NCBI GenBank assembly: GCA_964347045.1
Contig: CAYFXC010000010.1
Coordinates: 41,940-105,939 of the forward strand
DNA: 64,000 nt
Origin: an uncultured archaeon
Lineage (GTDB): Archaea > Asgardarchaeota > Hermodarchaeia > Hermodarchaeales > Hermodarchaeaceae
Direction of reading: 5' to 3'
The notes beneath the pieces are model-generated. The model did not search any database, had not been told where the DNA came from, and saw only the letters and a list, made by a program, of their open reading frames with translations. How positions within the stretch are numbered: position 1 is the stretch's first letter; each line of letters begins with the position of its first letter. This document shows, one piece after another, positions 60,034 to 64,000 of this stretch. Position numbers and translations under genes: made by a program.

Positions 60034-61065
60034 TTAGGGAATTACGATAGTACGACCTAGAACCTTTCCTTCTTCAAGTAGTTTGAATGCATCATTGATT
60101 TCTTCAAGTGGACGCTTGCTATCAATAATGGGTTTAATCTGAATGATACCCTTTTCAACCATTCTCAATAGAGGAGGATAGTCAACCGGACGACAGCCAA
60201 GAGATCCACGGATTTCTACTTCTCGAAACATAATTCGTGAGGCCGAAACGGTCCAATCAGATTCAGCGTAACCAACAACAACCATCCGACCACCCCATTT
60301 CACCACCGCTAATGCTTGACTCATAACATCAGGAATTCCAATGGCCTCAAAAGAGATATCAACGCCACGCTTCTTTGTTAATCCCCTAATCTGTTTAACC
60401 GGATTTTCATCTTTTGAATTAATAATTTCAATAGCACCGAGTTTTTTAGCTAATCTAAGTTTTTTATCATCGATATCGACAGCATAAACGATACCACCAG
60501 CCGCTGCAGCGATTTGAACCACATTGATGCCAACTCCACCACATCCAAATACAGCTACCAAATCTCCTGGACGAACTTCTCCACGGTTTTTCACAGCGTG
60601 ATAGGGTGTAGAAATCGCATCGGCTACGATACTTGTTTCTTCCAATGCTAATGAATCAGGAATGCGAAATACATCCTTGGCAGGAACACGGATGTATTCA
60701 GCGTAGGCGCCATCAATGTGATTCCCAACCATTTCTTGTCGCTGGCACACGTTTTCTCGCCCTAAACGGCAATTATCACAATATCCACAGCTTAGAACAG
60801 CAGGAATTAAAACGCGATCTCCCTTGGTCCAAGTTTCAACAGCAGACCCTATTTCAGAAATAGTCCCTGAAGCCTCATGTCCAAGGATTAACGGGGGTTT
60901 TTTGAACGTCGGAGTTCCATGCAAATAGTGTAAGTCGGTTCTGCAAACACCACAAGCTGCTACCTTAATTAATACATCATTGGATCCAACTTCGGGTGTT
61001 GGTATATCTTCGATTTTAAGGGGTTTTCCAGCTTCATAAAAAACTGCAGCCTTCACTGTGAGCAC
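60034..61065 (-). CDS. had: 6-hydroxycyclohex-1-ene-1-carbonyl-CoA dehydrogenase-like zinc dehydrogenase (Had/BzdX)
   Basis: CGVCRTD, GHE, CGYCDNC...C, VADAISTPY, GSLGCRP; BCR context. Confidence 0.75.
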   Translation of the reverse strand: MLTVKAAVFYEAGKPLKIEDIPTPEVGSNDVLIKVAACGVCRTDLHYLHGTPTFKKPPLILGHEASGTISEIGSAVETWTKGDRVLIPAVLSCGYCDNCRLGRENVCQRQEMVGNHIDGAYAEYIRVPAKDVFRIPDSLALEETSIVADAISTPYHAVKNRGEVRPGDLVAVFGCGGVGINVVQIAAAAGGIVYAVDIDDKKLRLAKKLGAIEIINSKDENPVKQIRGLTKKRGVDISFEAIGIPDVMSQALAVVKWGGRMVVVGYAESDWTVSASRIMFREVEIRGSLGCRPVDYPPLLRMVEKGIIQIKPIIDSKRPLEEINDAFKLLEEGKVLGRTIVIP

Positions 61066-61171
61066 CGAGGCACCTATCTAACTTTTTACCTTAAATCCTT
61101 TAGGAAGCTTGGAGAACTAGAGAAAAGTAAAGATTTTTGGTTTCTATGGTTGGATGTTGTGGAGAGATTCA

Positions 61172-61468
61172 ATGGGAAAAGCAGATTCGAGAATTAAAAT
61201 CCATCTGGTTGGCGTTTTAAAAATTACGACGGGAATTGAAGAAGTAGTGCTAAACCTAGAGGGTAATGATACAATTGGAACTATTCTTAGCAGACTAGTA
61301 GAAATGCATCCTGCTCTGAGTCAAGAATTGTATGACAAATCTGGTGAGGTCCACAAGTATCTCAATATTTTTGTTAATAATAAACCTGTGCTTCAGGAAA
61401 ATCTTAATGAAATCCCAATTCAGAAATCCACGAAATTAACGCTAGTAATGGCTGTTGGTGGTGGATAA
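61172..61468 (+). CDS. MoaD/ThiS ubiquitin-like sulfur carrier
   Basis: Beta-grasp size, IFVN, C-terminal AVGGG; upstream of AOR. Confidence 0.88.
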   Translation: MGKADSRIKIHLVGVLKITTGIEEVVLNLEGNDTIGTILSRLVEMHPALSQELYDKSGEVHKYLNIFVNNKPVLQENLNEIPIQKSTKLTLVMAVGGG

Positions 61469-61476
61469 CGAACTCC

Positions 61477-63324
61477 ATGGATGAATCTAAAATGATAGCA
61501 AATCAACGCGCTATTATCAATCTTAGCAAGAGTTCAGTGAAAATTCATGAGATTTCACCAAATGTAATTAGAAGTTATTTAGGCGGTCGAGGTACGAACG
61601 TCTACTATCTTAACAAATTGCTCAAGAAGAATGTCGACCCTCTTTCTCCTGAAAACGTGCTGATATTTGGAGCTGGTCTACTTACAGGGTACCTTATCCC
61701 AAACGCGTCACGCTTCAATGTTACCGCAAAGTCTCCTGAATCAGGTTTTCTGGGTGATACCAACTGCGGGGGCTACTTTGGTCCAGAGATGCGTTATGCG
61801 GGCTTTGACCAGATTATCATACTTGGCAAAGCAAAGAAACCGAGTTATATTTTTCTTCAAGATGGCTCCGTTGAAATTCAAGACGCATCGGCCTATTGGG
61901 GTCTTGATACTTATGAAGTTCAAACCGAGTTAAGGAGAGATTTAGGTGATGTACAGGCCGCTGTCACTGGAGAAGCTGGTGAAAAACTCGTCCGATTTGC
62001 CAACATACGAAATGGTGTTAAGAATTCCGGAGGACGAGGCGGATTGGGTGCGGTCATGGGATCGAAAAACTTGAAGGCGGTAGTGGCCTACGGAACTCAA
62101 GGTCTTAATGTCGCTCATCCTGAACAGCTTCTAGAGATTACTAAAAATGTTAACGATTACGTCCTGAACTCGAAGGTTATCTCGGTCATGGGAAGATTAG
62201 GATCTCCCTATCTTTACGATGTCAGTAATCCTTTGGGAGCGATACGCACCAAGAACAGTCAACTAAATGCTTGGTCCGATTCATTGAACGCTGAGTATTT
62301 CGAAGAATATGTTGAGAAGATGGTTTCCTGTGCCTCATGCATCGTTCATTGTCGGCATCGAAACACAATGAATGGGGAAGGCCCTGAATACACAACAATC
62401 GGATTACTGGGAGCAAATGTTGGGATCTCTGATCCAAAGCAGGTTATCGAATTGAATAACCTCTGTAACCGACTTGGATTAGATGTTGCTTCAGCAGGGG
62501 GCATTCTTGCATGGGTTTTTGAGCTGTATGAAAAGGGAATTGTTGATAAAGCAAAATTCAAAGGTGAGAAACTGGAATTTGAAAACTTTGAACTTGTCAA
62601 ATCTCTTCTCGAAAAGACCGCCCGCCGTGAAGGGTTGGGAGATGTTTTAGCAGAAAGTAGTCAGGCAGTGCATCATTTTGGACCAAAATCAGCAGATTAT
62701 CTCATTGCGGTGAAGAACCTACCTCAAAGTGACCCCCACGATGTTCGATACATCAAAGCCTTCGCTTTAGGCATAGCAACCGCATCGAGGGGTGCTGATC
62801 ACTTGCGAAGTCGACCAACCCTCGAAATCTTTCTCAGATTGCCCCAAGAAGTAAAGGAGAGCATCTATGGAACGGGCATTTCACCAGATCCTACGTCATA
62901 TGAGGGAAAGGAAAAAACCGTCTATTGGTCGGATAACATGTACGCAGTGATCGATGCTGTGGGAATCTGTAAATTCATTTGTCATGGTTTCAACAGCCCG
63001 CATCTCATTGGGTATGAACAGGTGCAGAAGTTTTTACAAGCTGCAGTTGACCTCAAATTCGACTATCAAGAACTGAAAGAGGTTGGTCAGCGAATAATTG
63101 ACACGGAACGAAACCTCAATCTTCGTTTTGGACTTACTCGCGCAGATGATTCACTACCTAAACGCTATTTCGATGATCCAGCCCCACTGAAGACCGCGAA
63201 AGGGCATCATATTGAACGCAAACAGTTTCAGGCCATGTTGGACCGATATTATGCTCTTCGTGGGTGGACTGGCGAGGGAATGTTATCAGAAGAACGTGTC
63301 AAAGAATTGGAGGCGATTGAATGA
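61477..63324 (+). CDS. aor: Tungsten-containing aldehyde:ferredoxin oxidoreductase family protein
   Basis: YLGGRG, KSP, GRGGLGAVMGSKNLKA, CASCIVHC, GLD, RGADH, GICKF, YYALRGW. Confidence 0.92.
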   Translation: MDESKMIANQRAIINLSKSSVKIHEISPNVIRSYLGGRGTNVYYLNKLLKKNVDPLSPENVLIFGAGLLTGYLIPNASRFNVTAKSPESGFLGDTNCGGYFGPEMRYAGFDQIIILGKAKKPSYIFLQDGSVEIQDASAYWGLDTYEVQTELRRDLGDVQAAVTGEAGEKLVRFANIRNGVKNSGGRGGLGAVMGSKNLKAVVAYGTQGLNVAHPEQLLEITKNVNDYVLNSKVISVMGRLGSPYLYDVSNPLGAIRTKNSQLNAWSDSLNAEYFEEYVEKMVSCASCIVHCRHRNTMNGEGPEYTTIGLLGANVGISDPKQVIELNNLCNRLGLDVASAGGILAWVFELYEKGIVDKAKFKGEKLEFENFELVKSLLEKTARREGLGDVLAESSQAVHHFGPKSADYLIAVKNLPQSDPHDVRYIKAFALGIATASRGADHLRSRPTLEIFLRLPQEVKESIYGTGISPDPTSYEGKEKTVYWSDNMYAVIDAVGICKFICHGFNSPHLIGYEQVQKFLQAAVDLKFDYQELKEVGQRIIDTERNLNLRFGLTRADDSLPKRYFDDPAPLKTAKGHHIERKQFQAMLDRYYALRGWTGEGMLSEERVKELEAIE

Positions 63325-63776
63325 AGTACATTTTCGTTTATCCTGATCGGTGCACTGGTTGCCGATTATGTTCCCTTGCTTGTTCATTAACCAAATTTGG
63401 AGAATGTAATCCCCGTAAAGCAGCGATTAGTGTCGTACGAGATGAGTTTGAACGGTTTGAGTTTCCAGTAGTTTGTTTTCAATGTCAGGATGCGCCTTGC
63501 GTATCAGCCTGCCCACAAAACGCCATTACAAAGGATGAAGGAGCAGCAACTCGCGACGATAATCGATGTATTGGTTGCCGATTATGTGCTGTAGTCTGTC
63601 CCTTCTCCGCCATAACAACTCATGGTAGGGAACTTATCCATTGTGACCTTTGTGGAGGTGATCCACAATGTGTCAAATACTGTTCCACAAAGGCGATTGA
63701 ATATGCTGAAGAAACACAGGAAGCAATGCAAAGACGAAAAGAACAGCTAGCCCGTGTCCTAAGCATAGAGAAATAA
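63321..63776 (+). CDS. 4Fe-4S dicluster electron-transfer subunit of AOR
   Basis: Four Cys clusters CTGCRLC, CFQCQDAPC, CIGCRLC, CDLCGGDPQC; overlaps the AOR stop. Confidence 0.92.
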   Translation: MKYIFVYPDRCTGCRLCSLACSLTKFGECNPRKAAISVVRDEFERFEFPVVCFQCQDAPCVSACPQNAITKDEGAATRDDNRCIGCRLCAVVCPFSAITTHGRELIHCDLCGGDPQCVKYCSTKAIEYAEETQEAMQRRKEQLARVLSIEK

Positions 63777-63888
63777 ATCCAGAGGTTCACTCGGAGTAAT
63801 GATGGACTAAGTCCAATCACCTTGATAAAAAACTGACAAATAATAAATCATAAAAATAAATGAATAGGTTTAGTGAGTGGCGAACGAA

Positions 63889-64000
63889 ATGGTAAGGGCT
63901 ATTATTGTTTATGATACAAAGTATGGCAACACAAAGCTTGTAGCGGAAAAGATCATGGAGGGAATAGGCGAAGTCGAGGGAATAGAAACTGCTATCAGTG
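63889..64000 (+). CDS. Flavodoxin-family protein, partial
   Basis: MVRAIIVYDTKYGNTKLVAEKI (FMN phosphate-binding loop); truncated by the window end. Confidence 0.8.
   Translation, partial: MVRAIIVYDTKYGNTKLVAEKIMEGIGEVEGIETAIS

Noticed and set aside
61477-63324. AOR-family gene read as BamB (class II benzoyl-CoA reductase)
   Set aside because: It has an ordinary AOR-like GPEY region and MoaD/FeS context, with no bamDEFGHI-like genes in the window. A phylogeny would settle it.
35850-63795. 12-mer AGGTTCACTCGG at ~35850 and ~63783 read as att-like direct repeats
   Set aside because: One 12-bp match in 64 kb is expected by chance; the flanks differ and there is no integrase.
29-63820. Many 60-160 aa ORFs in the track overlapping recognised genes (e.g. 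4137-4538, 7493-7981, 12384-12758, 17839-18312, 39333-39698)
   Set aside because: Antisense or alternate-frame shadows of well-supported CDSs with no motifs of their own.
1-64000. CRISPR arrays, rRNA, transposases, integrases
   Set aside because: No regularly spaced repeats, rRNA-like stretches or DDE/tyrosine-recombinase motifs were seen.

Overview
A gene-dense archaeal chromosomal segment. Evidence for archaeal origin: TATA-type promoters, archaeal-type DnaK, Mut7-C and a COG3355-like regulator. A longin-fused small GTPase and many zinc-ribbon proteins point to an Asgard archaeon; the class I benzoyl-CoA reductase would fit Hermodarchaeota (inference). Contents: (i) iron uptake (DtxR-FeoA regulator with a palindromic operator, feoB, a Cys-rich microprotein); (ii) thioredoxin and grpE-dnaK-dnaJ, preceded by a long structured leader; (iii) many peptidases (M1, M3B, M32, TldD/PmbA, and a clostripain-fold membrane protein whose His/Cys dyad is replaced by Lys/Ser); (iv) a tandem pair of paralogous multi-Zn-finger proteins; (v) a ~18 kb anaerobic aromatic-degradation region (iorAB, bzdNOPQM, a BzdV-like oxidoreductase, dch, had, MoaD-AOR-FeS). 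No rRNA, complete tRNA, CRISPR array or transposase was recognised. All calls come from reading motifs by eye; no database searches were run.
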